DNA of 64,000 nt from Verrucomicrobiia bacterium (GCA_025451535.1 JANWKE010000155.1:1276-65275), one strand, 5' to 3'; shown: positions 9,211-18,366, counted from the stretch's first letter. Notes: a model not told the origin generated them from the sequence alone. Program-made: numbers and translations.

Positions 9211-9347
9211 ATGATGTTTTACTGTCCTAGACTAAACTTTGCTTTTACCAGACTGTTTCCGTTAATCGGATTTCAAATCATCACTGAACCAGGTTCACCT
9301 GAGGATTTACCATGCCTTGAAAGAGACAAGCCATCTAACAGACACGC
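9211..9347 (-). promoter_or_regulatory. conserved 5' leader of RRM gene 1
   Basis: Near-identical to 35483-35619; preceded by a TTGCTA-N16-CATGCT promoter-like sequence. Confidence 0.7.
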
Positions 9348-9407
9348 ACAGCATGACTGGTTCCGGCGGAATAGCAACAACTATCGGCAACTATCTTTTC
9401 AACCCGA

Positions 9408-9590
9408 TCACCGATCAGACGGACGCGCTGGCTCCGTATTTCCACCTGGGTGTTCTATGAAGAACTTCACGATCAACGCCGGTGCGGCCGGGTCGAACTG
9501 ATGCCCGCCCGGAAAAATACACGTGACCAGCGGTATGCCACTCTTTGACGGGTAGAGAGTGCATTGTCTATCCCAATACCCGCCCATGGC
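9408..9590 (-). pseudogene. C-terminal remnant of an alpha/beta-hydrolase (PHB-depolymerase/esterase-like)
   Basis: CTLYPSKSGIPLVTCIFPGGHQFDPAAPALIVKFFIEH resembles an esterase C-terminus with catalytic His; N-terminal part absent. Confidence 0.5.
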
Positions 9591-9746
9591 CGCGCCACCG
9601 TTAACTTTGCGCCCGGTATCCTTCGTGCGCTTCGGCCACGCGAACTTCACCAACGGATCGGTCTGTCCTCCAGGGACCAGCGCGGACCGGGGGCAGGCTT
9701 GTTGGCCTGCCTGGCCGTTGCGGAGATCAGTGTCAAAACAGACAGT

Positions 9747-10823
9747 TCAATTGACTTCCACCGGCAACCCGAGAAACTGGCCATACCGGTCTGCGGCGGC
9801 GGCCACGGCTTGCTTCTCTGCTTTCTTCAACGGATTGAAACTGCTCACGGCGATAACGACGGTCTTTTTATTCAACGTGCGTTTCCAGGTGCCGGCCACG
9901 CGGCCCTGGAGGATGAGGGTGGGTGAAAACACGCCGTTGCTGCCCGGAACAATTTTCTTCGCATGCCGGGCTTCCAGCACCGCGCTGCGGTCCTTGTAGC
10001 CGAGCAAATACTCGTCGAAACCCGGCAATAGTTGCGCTTCTGTCATCCCGGCATTGGGAGCGGCGGCATCCGCCGGCATCCAGAAATCCGCGTTCCCGAT
10101 TCTTTCCCGACGCAACGCGGACGATGCCGCCTCCACTCCCGCACGCGCATCCGCACTCCTCAACCCCGACCATCCGGCAAAATCCGCCAGCAGCGCCGGG
10201 CCGTGACTCGTAAAATAACGCCGCGCCAGTTCGGCCAGCGCCGCCGCGCGGTCCAGCTTCTGCGCGGGTGCAACCCATTCGTCCAGCAGGGCAAATGTCT
10301 GGGACCTGCCCGCGCGCGCGGCAAAAGTGATCAGACCCTCCTGGGCCAGCCGCCAGAGGATGTGATAGCCGCGCATTTTCGCCGTGGAAATCTTGTGGTT
10401 CTCCAGCAGTTCCATCATAGCCTCGCGCGGGAGTTGGCGGCCGCCCTTCAAGGCGCGGACGAACAGCTTTTCGCACCGGGCGAAAACCGCCGCGTCCAGC
10501 TCCAGATTGCGCGCCCGGGCGGCGCTCCCGGCGATGATTCGCGGTGTCAACAATTCCAGAAACCACCGGACATCCGCCGTGGCGACAAAGTGCAACGTGC
10601 CACGCATCAGCCAGGTCCGGACTATCTTCCGTCTGGCGATGGCCTTTTCGACCGCGGCCTCGGTGGCGTCCGGCAAGCGCAGGCCGACGGACCAGAGCGC
10701 GCCGGCATAATCCTGGGCCTGCAGGGCGCCGAGCGCGGCGACCACCTGCTCCGGCTCCCGGCAACGGGAGACTGAAATCAACTGGTTCGCCAGCCGGCAC
10801 CGGCCGATGTCCGTCAACATCAT
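9747..10823 (-). CDS. AlkZ-like (HTH_42) winged-helix DNA glycosylase
   Basis: LQAQD (QxQ) motif, W.MRGTLH, HGPA...DF..WSGL, LLPGFDEYLLGY, G.V.GTW. Confidence 0.88.
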   Translation of the reverse strand: MMLTDIGRCRLANQLISVSRCREPEQVVAALGALQAQDYAGALWSVGLRLPDATEAAVEKAIARRKIVRTWLMRGTLHFVATADVRWFLELLTPRIIAGSAARARNLELDAAVFARCEKLFVRALKGGRQLPREAMMELLENHKISTAKMRGYHILWRLAQEGLITFAARAGRSQTFALLDEWVAPAQKLDRAAALAELARRYFTSHGPALLADFAGWSGLRSADARAGVEAASSALRRERIGNADFWMPADAAAPNAGMTEAQLLPGFDEYLLGYKDRSAVLEARHAKKIVPGSNGVFSPTLILQGRVAGTWKRTLNKKTVVIAVSSFNPLKKAEKQAVAAAADRYGQFLGLPVEVN

Positions 10824-10935
10824 GTCCGGAGGATTTCAAAATCCGCACCGGAACGCCAGTGCGTGATGGCGTTTGCCACCACTGGCCTCGTCAGCCGGCT
10901 TTCGCTTTCACGTTCACAGGCGACTTAATTCTTTC

Positions 10936-11355
10936 TCAAGCGCGCGAGCCAAGGCGGGCCTCGGGGATGGTCGGCTCGAACAGTTCAATCGGATTTCCGG
11001 AAGGATCTTCGAGCAGGATCTGTTTGCCACCCACGCCCGTGACCATCTCGTTGCGGAAACGGGCTCCCGCCTTGCGCAACGTTTCGACCGTCGCGGCGAG
11101 GTCGGGGACCTGGATCGCGAAGCGGTTCCAACCTCCCGGTTCGGGCAGCCGGCCATCAGGCATCGCCGCACCGCCGCCCGGCCCGCCGCCGGGTTTGCTC
11201 AAAACCAACCGAAGATCGCCCAGCGACAGCATGGCGAAAAACGGGGAAGGATGCATGTCTTCGTGGAAACCGAGACGTTGGCAATAAAAGACAATCGCGG
11301 CGTCAATATCATTGACGATGTAACGGACCTGAACCGTGGCTTCGTTCATATTCAT
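10936..11355 (-). CDS. VOC/glyoxalase family protein
   Basis: VRYIVND.DAAI.FY..LGF, PGGWNRF, EDPSGNPIELF. Confidence 0.9.
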   Translation of the reverse strand: MNMNEATVQVRYIVNDIDAAIVFYCQRLGFHEDMHPSPFFAMLSLGDLRLVLSKPGGGPGGGAAMPDGRLPEPGGWNRFAIQVPDLAATVETLRKAGARFRNEMVTGVGGKQILLEDPSGNPIELFEPTIPEARLGSRA

Positions 11356-11401
11356 ATTTCTCCCTGGTTTGAAGCATTCGTTATGGAAGCAAAACCGGTC
11401 A

Positions 11402-11851
11402 TCACCAATTCCATTTGAAGGGCAAAGCGTTGCCGGTTTCGAGCAGGCTCTTCAAGCTGCTGATAATCGCCGGCCAACCCTGGAAGACTTCAAGGGAACG
11501 CCCGCTATCGGGATCGAATTCATCGTGCGTGAGCGTGAGTTTGGCGACGCCAAATGCCATAGCGATTTCGAACGTGACACGCGTCCGTTTCTCGGGAGGC
11601 GCGCCTTCGGGCGTCTGACGCAGGATCGTGTATGAAAGCAGGCGCGGCGGGTCGGCCTGCAACACTTCACCCGACAACTCAATCCCGCCATCCGGCCTGA
11701 GGGTTTTGACGGACGCCCCGACCGTCCAATCGGACTGAATCCGCCGCCCGTTCCAGAATTGCCGGGTAAACTCGGGCTCAGTGAGCGCTGCCCACAACTT
11801 TTCCGGCGTGGTGTTGATATGCGTGACGTAAACGATCTTTGGCTTCTCCAT
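11402..11851 (-). CDS. SRPBCC (AHSA1/START-like) domain protein
   Basis: I.TTPEKLW.ALT.PE, G.VL..DPP.LL.Y, GW...LSSLKS.LETG. Confidence 0.88.
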   Translation of the reverse strand: MEKPKIVYVTHINTTPEKLWAALTEPEFTRQFWNGRRIQSDWTVGASVKTLRPDGGIELSGEVLQADPPRLLSYTILRQTPEGAPPEKRTRVTFEIAMAFGVAKLTLTHDEFDPDSGRSLEVFQGWPAIISSLKSLLETGNALPFKWNW

Positions 11852-12170
11852 AGGCTTCCACGTTTGGGTTTTCGAGATGTTTTTTCAAATCGCTCACCGC
11901 CTGGAGGCGATGACGTTCGTATTTGCCAATCCAGCGCTCGTGGATCTCGTGCAACGGCACCGGATTCAGATAATGCAGCTTCTCGCGCCCGCGCCAGACG
12001 ACGGCCACCAGGTTCGCTGCTTCCAGCAACCCCAAATGCTTGGCAACCGCCTGCCGCGTCATGTCCAGATGCTGGCACAACTCCGACAACGTCTGACCGT
12101 TGCTCCGGTGCAACCGGTCGAGCAACTTCCGCCGGCTCGGGTCGGCCAATGCTTTGAACACGGCGTCCAT
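11778..12170 (-). CDS. ArsR/SmtB-family regulator 1
   Basis: MDAVFKALADPSRR.LLD.L...MTRQAVAKHL..LE.ANLV...GREKLHYLN; 3' end overlaps the SRPBCC gene. Confidence 0.88.
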   Translation of the reverse strand: MDAVFKALADPSRRKLLDRLHRSNGQTLSELCQHLDMTRQAVAKHLGLLEAANLVAVVWRGREKLHYLNPVPLHEIHERWIGKYERHRLQAVSDLKKHLENPNVEAYGEAKDRLRHAYQHHAGKVVGSAH

Positions 12171-12183
12171 TTCGTGAGATAAT

Positions 12184-12203
12184 ATGCAACCAAAAGGTTG
12201 CAT
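12184..12203. promoter_or_regulatory. putative ArsR operator
   Basis: Inverted repeat ATGCAACC-aaaa-GGTTGCAT 13 nt upstream of the ArsR start. Confidence 0.75.
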
Positions 12204-12235
12204 GTCAAGCGGCAAAGTTGTAACGATGTCGGTTG

Positions 12236-12372
12236 TCAGGTTTTCGGTGGCCGATCCCCGCCGGCGAGTTCCTTGGGCCACGGCTGCGGGTCAGCCGGGT
12301 AAATGAGCAACCGGTCGGGCTTGCACTTTACCCCCGGGCAGAAATTCAAGTTCCTCCGGCGCGCCCGCAATC
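12236..12372 (-). pseudogene. frameshifted 3' fragment of the cupin gene
   Basis: Reads IAGAPEELEFLPG/+1/KCKPDRLLIYPADPQPWPKELAGGDRPPKT* versus cupin IIGAPEELEFLQGSKSKMDLSLIYPTDPKQLPKELAGVDWPPKA*. Confidence 0.9.
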
Positions 12373-12453
12373 GCCCGGTTCAACCACGAATGGACGCGAA
12401 TCACCACGAATCCGCTGAGCCCGAAAGACGACGCGCACCCGCCTCGAGCCGGA

Positions 12454-13185
12454 TCAGTCCTTGTATTCATCATGGTAACGCACCCAATCCTGCGAAGCCT
12501 CCGGATTTTCGTTGCGGCCTTTGGCCGTCAGGTCGAGGAAATTGTAGGTGGTGTTCATCAGGTCAATCCCCCGCGCATAAGACGAGTAGGTGTGGTAAAT
12601 GTCGCCGTTCCGGTCGCGGTAAAATGCACTGACGCCTTCGCGTTCGTCCATGTCCATTTCCAACGGGGCATAATTGTAAATGGCCTTGCCACGCTTTCGT
12701 TGTTCCCGCGTGAAGGACACGTTGAAATCAAAATTGAAATCCGTGTCGAACGAGGAAACCCACTTGAACTTCCAGCCCATGCGTTGCTGGAACGGTTCAA
12801 TCTCCTTCCCGGGCGCGCGGGAAACGACGGCGAAAGCGGTGTCGCGTTGGCCAAGGTGAAAGTTCACGCCGTCGAAATGGTCGGCCCAGAATGAGCAATG
12901 AGGGCAGCCTTCACCCCAGGCCGGCCCGAACATGAAGTGGTAGACAATGAGCTGGCTCCGGCCGCAGAATAAATCGGCGAGCGTTACTTTGCCGGCCGGT
13001 CCCTCGAAAACGTAGTCCTTTTCAATTTTGACCCAGGGCAGCTTGCGGCGTTGCCGGTTCAATTGGTCGCGCAGTTTCGAGAACTTCTTTTCTTCGACGA
13101 GGAGTCGTTTGCGGGCCACAAGCCAGTCCTTTTGCGAGACGACTTTGCGGCTCTCCATGCCGCGGAAGGTTTTGATTTTTGGCAT
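12454..13185 (-). CDS. DUF899 (thioredoxin-like) family protein
   Basis: W..AR..LL..EK, RR.LPWV, GRSQLIVYHFMF, CPHCS, YHTYS..ARG, LDLT.KGR. Confidence 0.9.
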   Translation of the reverse strand: MPKIKTFRGMESRKVVSQKDWLVARKRLLVEEKKFSKLRDQLNRQRRKLPWVKIEKDYVFEGPAGKVTLADLFCGRSQLIVYHFMFGPAWGEGCPHCSFWADHFDGVNFHLGQRDTAFAVVSRAPGKEIEPFQQRMGWKFKWVSSFDTDFNFDFNVSFTREQRKRGKAIYNYAPLEMDMDEREGVSAFYRDRNGDIYHTYSSYARGIDLMNTTYNFLDLTAKGRNENPEASQDWVRYHDEYKD

Positions 13186-13228
13186 AATATTTTCCTTTCT
13201 TTGGCGGTCCTGTGACCTTACCGGGCGT

Positions 13229-14086
13229 TCAAGCGCAGCAGCAATCTTTCGACGCGCCTTTCCCGTATTCGTCGCGGCGGCGGAACCAGATTTCCGTCTC
13301 GTTGCGCCCCCGGGGAGCGCGGTCGAGCCACTGGTACATGCCCCAGAGGCTGTCCAGTCCGCGTGCATAGGTGGAATAGGTGTGATAAACGATGCCGTCC
13401 TCAAGCACAAACGCGCTCATGCCCGGCCTTTCGCGGAGGTAAGTGGCCGCGTCCGTCCCGCATCGGGCCGCCATCTCGGCGACGGGTCCGCCACTCTCCG
13501 GCGCCTCGCGCCACTTCCCGGTCTCCCGCCCCTCGAGCGCGCGGTCAGCCTTGGCCGCCGCTTCGCGCCGGTAGTTGTATGCAAAGCCCCCTTTGCGCTG
13601 TTGCTCCGCGGTGAGCCCGACGTCGAAATCGAAGTTGAAGTCGCTGTTGAACGATGATGCCCACGGAAAGGTCCATCCCATGCGCCGCCGGTAGGCCTGC
13701 AGTTTCGTGAACGGCGCCCGCGACACCGCCCAGAGCATCACGTCATGGCTGGCCAGGTGAACCGCGAACCCGCTGAAGCCGTCCGCGATCGACGAGCAGG
13801 CCGGGCACCCGGCCGAGTAGTCGGGGCCGAACATGAAATGGTAGATGAGGACCTGCGAGCGCCCGCGGAAGAGGCCTACCAGCGGGACCTTGCCCTCGCC
13901 GGTCTCGAATTGATACTCCTTGTCGATCCGAACCCACGGCAGTTCCTGCCGCCGGCGCGCCAGTTCGTCGCTGCGCCGGGTCAGTTCCTTCTCCGCCTTG
14001 AGCAGCTTGAGCCGGGCGGCCAGCCATTCCTTTTGCGAAGCCACTTTGTGGCTTTTGATTCTGCGGACAGTTTTAACTTTTGGCAT
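13229..14086 (-). CDS. DUF899 (thioredoxin-like) family protein
   Basis: RR.LPWV, GRSQ.LIYHFMF, CPACS, YHTYSTYARG, WLDRAP.GRNE; C-terminal DCCA. Confidence 0.9.
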   Translation of the reverse strand: MPKVKTVRRIKSHKVASQKEWLAARLKLLKAEKELTRRSDELARRRQELPWVRIDKEYQFETGEGKVPLVGLFRGRSQVLIYHFMFGPDYSAGCPACSSIADGFSGFAVHLASHDVMLWAVSRAPFTKLQAYRRRMGWTFPWASSFNSDFNFDFDVGLTAEQQRKGGFAYNYRREAAAKADRALEGRETGKWREAPESGGPVAEMAARCGTDAATYLRERPGMSAFVLEDGIVYHTYSTYARGLDSLWGMYQWLDRAPRGRNETEIWFRRRDEYGKGASKDCCCA

Positions 14087-14161
14087 AAGGTTCTCCTTTG
14101 TCTCAGGCTGCGATGTCAGTTTGGACCTTCAAACGGAATTTGCCACTTTGGTCGCCACAAC

Positions 14162-14650
14162 CTATTTGCCGACAAATCTTCCGAGTTCGTTGAGGCAACG
14201 AGTCCAGCCCTCTTCGTGCCGGTCGCGGCTTTCGACGGACGCAAACTTCTCGTGCGTCAAAATCAATTCCGTCTGTTTTCCGCGCGCCTTGAATTCAAGC
14301 GTCACGAGCATTTCGGGCGGCTCGACTTCGCCGAATTCATCGCCGCTGCCGTCCTTCTCAAATTGCCACGTGAAAACCAGCCGCTCCGGCGGTTTCACTT
14401 CGCGATAAGTCCCGACGGTCGTGAAAAATTCGCCGTCGGCGCGCCGCACCTGGAGGCGATACTTGCCGCCGGTGCGTACGTCCGCCTTCACTGATTGCAA
14501 TGACGATCCTTCGCACGCTGCCGCTCCGAACCATTGCTTGAACTGGTTCGCCTCCGTCCACGCCTGGAAAACCAGTTCGCGCGGCGCGTCGAAGACGCGG
14601 GTGAGTTGAAGTTTGATGTTGTTTTCTTTGATGGTTGCTGTGGTGTTCAT
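14162..14650 (-). CDS. SRPBCC (AHSA1) domain protein
   Basis: LTRVFDAPRELVF.AWT, G.YREV.PPERLVFTW, H.EGW..CL..L. Confidence 0.9.
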   Translation of the reverse strand: MNTTATIKENNIKLQLTRVFDAPRELVFQAWTEANQFKQWFGAAACEGSSLQSVKADVRTGGKYRLQVRRADGEFFTTVGTYREVKPPERLVFTWQFEKDGSGDEFGEVEPPEMLVTLEFKARGKQTELILTHEKFASVESRDRHEEGWTRCLNELGRFVGK

Positions 14651-14991
14651 TTTTTCTCCTTGGTTTGCAGTTGTTTCAAGTACTCGTCCAAACGGTCAAA
14701 GCTCGTTTCCCAGAATTTCCGGTATTCCTCGATCCACGCCTGCGCCTGCTGCATCGGCCTGGCTTCCAGTTTCAAGCGATGCACGCGCCCGTCGCGCTTG
14801 CGGCGCACGAGCCCGGCGTTCTCCAGGACGCGCAAATGCTTGGAAACCGCCGGCAGCGACATCCGGTACGGCCTGGCCAGATCCGTCACGCAACGATCGC
14901 CGCCCGCGAGATGTTCGAGGATGCGGCGGCGCGTCGGGTCGGCCAGCGCGCCGAACGTGCGGTCCAACAATCGTGTCGAACATTTAACCAT
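14647..14991 (-). CDS. ArsR/SmtB-family regulator 2
   Basis: LDRTFGALADPTRR.IL..L, MSLPAVSKHLRVLE.AGLV, FW...FDRL..YL; ATGA overlap with SRPBCC. Confidence 0.9.
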   Translation of the reverse strand: MVKCSTRLLDRTFGALADPTRRRILEHLAGGDRCVTDLARPYRMSLPAVSKHLRVLENAGLVRRKRDGRVHRLKLEARPMQQAQAWIEEYRKFWETSFDRLDEYLKQLQTKEKK

Positions 14992-15001
14992 ATGGTTAAA
15001 T
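14982..15001. promoter_or_regulatory. putative ArsR operator overlapping the start codon
   Basis: Perfect 20-bp palindrome ATTTAACCATATGGTTAAAT. Confidence 0.8.
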
Positions 15002-15060
15002 ATTAACGCAAAACAAATCCGGCGCAAGAAAAATTTTCGGAATTTTTTGGGGAGAAAAGT

Positions 15061-15522
15061 TTACGCCTTCGGCGGCCAGTCCACGCCGGCAAGTTCCTTG
15101 GGCAATTGTTTCGGGTCGGTCGGATAAATGAGCGAAAGGTCCATTTTGGATTTTGAACCCTGGAGAAATTCCAGTTCCTCCGGTGCGCCGATGATGAGCC
15201 AGAGCACCTCGGCATCGGTGTCGTTGAACACCTGGCGCAACTGGTCCGGCCCGACCAGCACGCCGCCGTAGCGCGGCACGGTCAATGTCTCGTTGCCCAC
15301 ACGCAAGCGGCCCGTGCCTTCCAATACGAAATAGAACTCCTCCGCCCGGATGTGCTTGTGCAGTGTGTTGGCGCTTTTGGGCGGCAACCGCCAGAGCCGC
15401 GCGCCGATGTTTTCGCTCCCGGTGCGTTCCAGATAATCCGCATTCGGAATTTTCATCAGATTGGACGGCCGCCAGAAGAGGTCTTCGGGTTTGATGAGAT
15501 GGTAACCTTGAATGGCTTTCAT
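15061..15522 (-). CDS. cupin domain protein (intact anchor gene)
   Basis: LH.H...EEFYFVLEG.G.L.VG cupin motif 1. Confidence 0.9.
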   Translation of the reverse strand: MKAIQGYHLIKPEDLFWRPSNLMKIPNADYLERTGSENIGARLWRLPPKSANTLHKHIRAEEFYFVLEGTGRLRVGNETLTVPRYGGVLVGPDQLRQVFNDTDAEVLWLIIGAPEELEFLQGSKSKMDLSLIYPTDPKQLPKELAGVDWPPKA

Positions 15523-15695
15523 GATATTTACTCCAGATACAATGTTTTAAAATGGAAGTGAATTCAATACATCTCAACGCCGGTTGCTGCTGCGAGCGCG
15601 AGGCGATCATTTTGAAGTCAATCAATCTTCCCCATCGCACTGTGAATTCTGTGCTAAACTGGTGCAGGAACTTCCTGCGAGTTCCCGGCTGAACT

Positions 15696-16289
15696 ATGAA
15701 TAAACAACTCGCACTGTTCGAAATACCACAACCGCATCTGCCCAAATACAGCCTGGTCCTCGCTGCCTTCCTGGATCATGACACGGGCAAGCAGGTCTAC
15801 CGCCTTGGAAACTCGCTTTGCGAAATGTATGAGTTGTGTGGCAGAATGCGCCCCATCAGCCACCTTCACGTTTCCCTGCCTCTTCCCCGCCTTCCCGGAA
15901 ACCCGCCTGAAATCGCGGTTGAGATCATTCGCCGGGTGTGTAAGGCGGTCGCTACCGTCACGTGTCCGTTTGAAATCAAGTTCGATCGGGTAATGAGCTT
16001 TCAACGAGGATCTGGAAACTATCCCCTGGTTCTTGTTGGTGATGATCACGGAAACGACGGAGTAAGAAACCTGCATCGCTTGCTCTGGGCTGAATTTGCA
16101 AAATATATTTCCACAAATTCCCCGGCTCCGGGATTTGTGCCGCACCTGACCCTCCTCTATGACAAGCAGCAACTTGATCCCAGGGGTATCAAGCCGGTGT
16201 CCTGGACAGTGAGGGAGATCGTCCTTGTAGCCAGCGAAGTCGGGGCGACGAAATATCACGGGCTCGGGCGCTGGGCGTTTTGCGCATGA
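15696..16289 (+). CDS. 2H phosphoesterase (2'-5' RNA ligase-like)
   Basis: Two HxS/T motifs, LHVSL and PHLTL; IVLV.S...Y..LG.W C-terminus. Confidence 0.8.
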   Translation: MNKQLALFEIPQPHLPKYSLVLAAFLDHDTGKQVYRLGNSLCEMYELCGRMRPISHLHVSLPLPRLPGNPPEIAVEIIRRVCKAVATVTCPFEIKFDRVMSFQRGSGNYPLVLVGDDHGNDGVRNLHRLLWAEFAKYISTNSPAPGFVPHLTLLYDKQQLDPRGIKPVSWTVREIVLVASEVGATKYHGLGRWAFCA

Positions 16290-16404
16290 GGTCCTGCCTC
16301 GAGATTGTTGCTCCAAATAAAGTCACCCGAGTTGATTCCGGGCGATGCTCTGTTAGTATGGCGCCATGCTTGGCAGGAACGAGAACCAATTTCTCCTGAT
16401 TTAA

Positions 16405-17283
<879 letters not shown>

Positions 17284-17285
17284 CC

Positions 17286-17345
17286 TGTGTTAGTGCAGCG
17301 TATTCGCGCTCCGGGCGGCCCCCGCCAGAGCCGCGCGCCACGTTG
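17286..17345 (-). pseudogene. internal 5'-half fragment of the cupin gene
   Basis: GARLWR.PP/fs/SANTLH*H; 18-bp exact match CCGCCAGAGCCGCGCGCC to 15388-15405 plus synonymous differences. Confidence 0.85.
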
Positions 17346-17346
17346 A

Positions 17347-18177
17347 ATGAACATGACAATTCGAGCCATAAAAAAACGGAAGCCCTTGGCGGTCCAGTCC
17401 CGCGTTTCCAAGCTGGCCCGCGTGGAGTTTGAGCGGCAACCTTACCCCGTCTTGCTGAAGGAGCCGGCGCAATTCTGGGACGAGGTGTTCATCGCCAACG
17501 AGGCCTATGTACTGGACGAGGTGACCCACCCGCGCATCCGGCGCAAACTGGCATATGATGCCGCCACGCACCGGCTGTTTCTGGAATACATCGAGGGTGA
17601 TACGTTGGCTGACCTGGTGCGCCAGGGCATCACGCTCAAGGATTCCGGGCAGACGCATCGCCTCCTGCAAAGCGTGGCCGAAACGGTGGCGGATATGCAC
17701 GCGGGCATCTTCTGCGGGCGGCCCATCGTCCACAATGATTTGAAGAGCCGGAACGTGATGGTGCCCGTGGCCACGCCCGGGGAAACGCGGCTGATTGATT
17801 TTTCACACTCGTTTTTCGAGGGGAATCTGCCGCCCTTCATCACGGACAAAAAACAAAATCCGGCGGGCACCGCCCAATACTCGGCCCCGGAAAAGTGGGA
17901 GGGGGATTTCACGAAAGGCTTTAAAGGCGATGTTTTCGCCTTTGGCGTCACGGCCTATCATGCGTGCACGGGAAAATATCCGTTTGACGGCACCCTGGCG
18001 CAAATCGAGCGGGCGATCCGGGAGGGGACGCCGCCTTCCCCGCTGAAACCGGGACACAATCTGCTCCGCAACACCGTGATCATCATCATGGCGTGCCTGG
18101 AGAAAAACCCCGACCGCCGGCCGTCCATGGAACAGGTTGCCCAGGTCTACGCCGATTCCGCTTCCTTGCTCAAATAA
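17347..18177 (+). CDS. stand-alone Hanks-type Ser/Thr protein kinase
   Basis: LLK, LEYIEG, HNDLKSRN, DFS, GT.QYSAPE, D.FAFG, CL..NP..RP. Confidence 0.85.
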   Translation: MNMTIRAIKKRKPLAVQSRVSKLARVEFERQPYPVLLKEPAQFWDEVFIANEAYVLDEVTHPRIRRKLAYDAATHRLFLEYIEGDTLADLVRQGITLKDSGQTHRLLQSVAETVADMHAGIFCGRPIVHNDLKSRNVMVPVATPGETRLIDFSHSFFEGNLPPFITDKKQNPAGTAQYSAPEKWEGDFTKGFKGDVFAFGVTAYHACTGKYPFDGTLAQIERAIREGTPPSPLKPGHNLLRNTVIIIMACLEKNPDRRPSMEQVAQVYADSASLLK

Positions 18178-18223
18178 ACCTGCGCCGACAGGTGAACCTT
18201 GGGCCGTAACGTTTCAATCAGAG

Positions 18224-18366
18224 CACGGATAGACACGGATAAACACGGATTAAGACTTGCCAGACCGCCTGTTAAGCAATCCGAAATCCTTCATTGATGA
18301 GTACGGCTCGTTTGCCTGGCTGAAAATCTTTTCTCAACCGTGTTCATCTGTATCCATCCGTGGTTA
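18224..18366. repeat. CACGGAT-periodic inverted repeat
   Basis: cacggatagacacggataaacacggat ... ccgtgttcatctgtatccatccgtggtt; same family as 6274-6443 and 12381-12411. Confidence 0.75.

Noticed and set aside
12171..12281. N-terminal extension of the ArsR ORF (167 aa track call)
   Set aside because: The extension reads through the operator and the cupin remnant; family homology starts at MDAVF (12170).
13186..13410. Extended start of the 318-aa DUF899 ORF
   Set aside because: It overlaps the upstream paralog; the MPKIKT start has an SD and mirrors the paralog's N-terminus.
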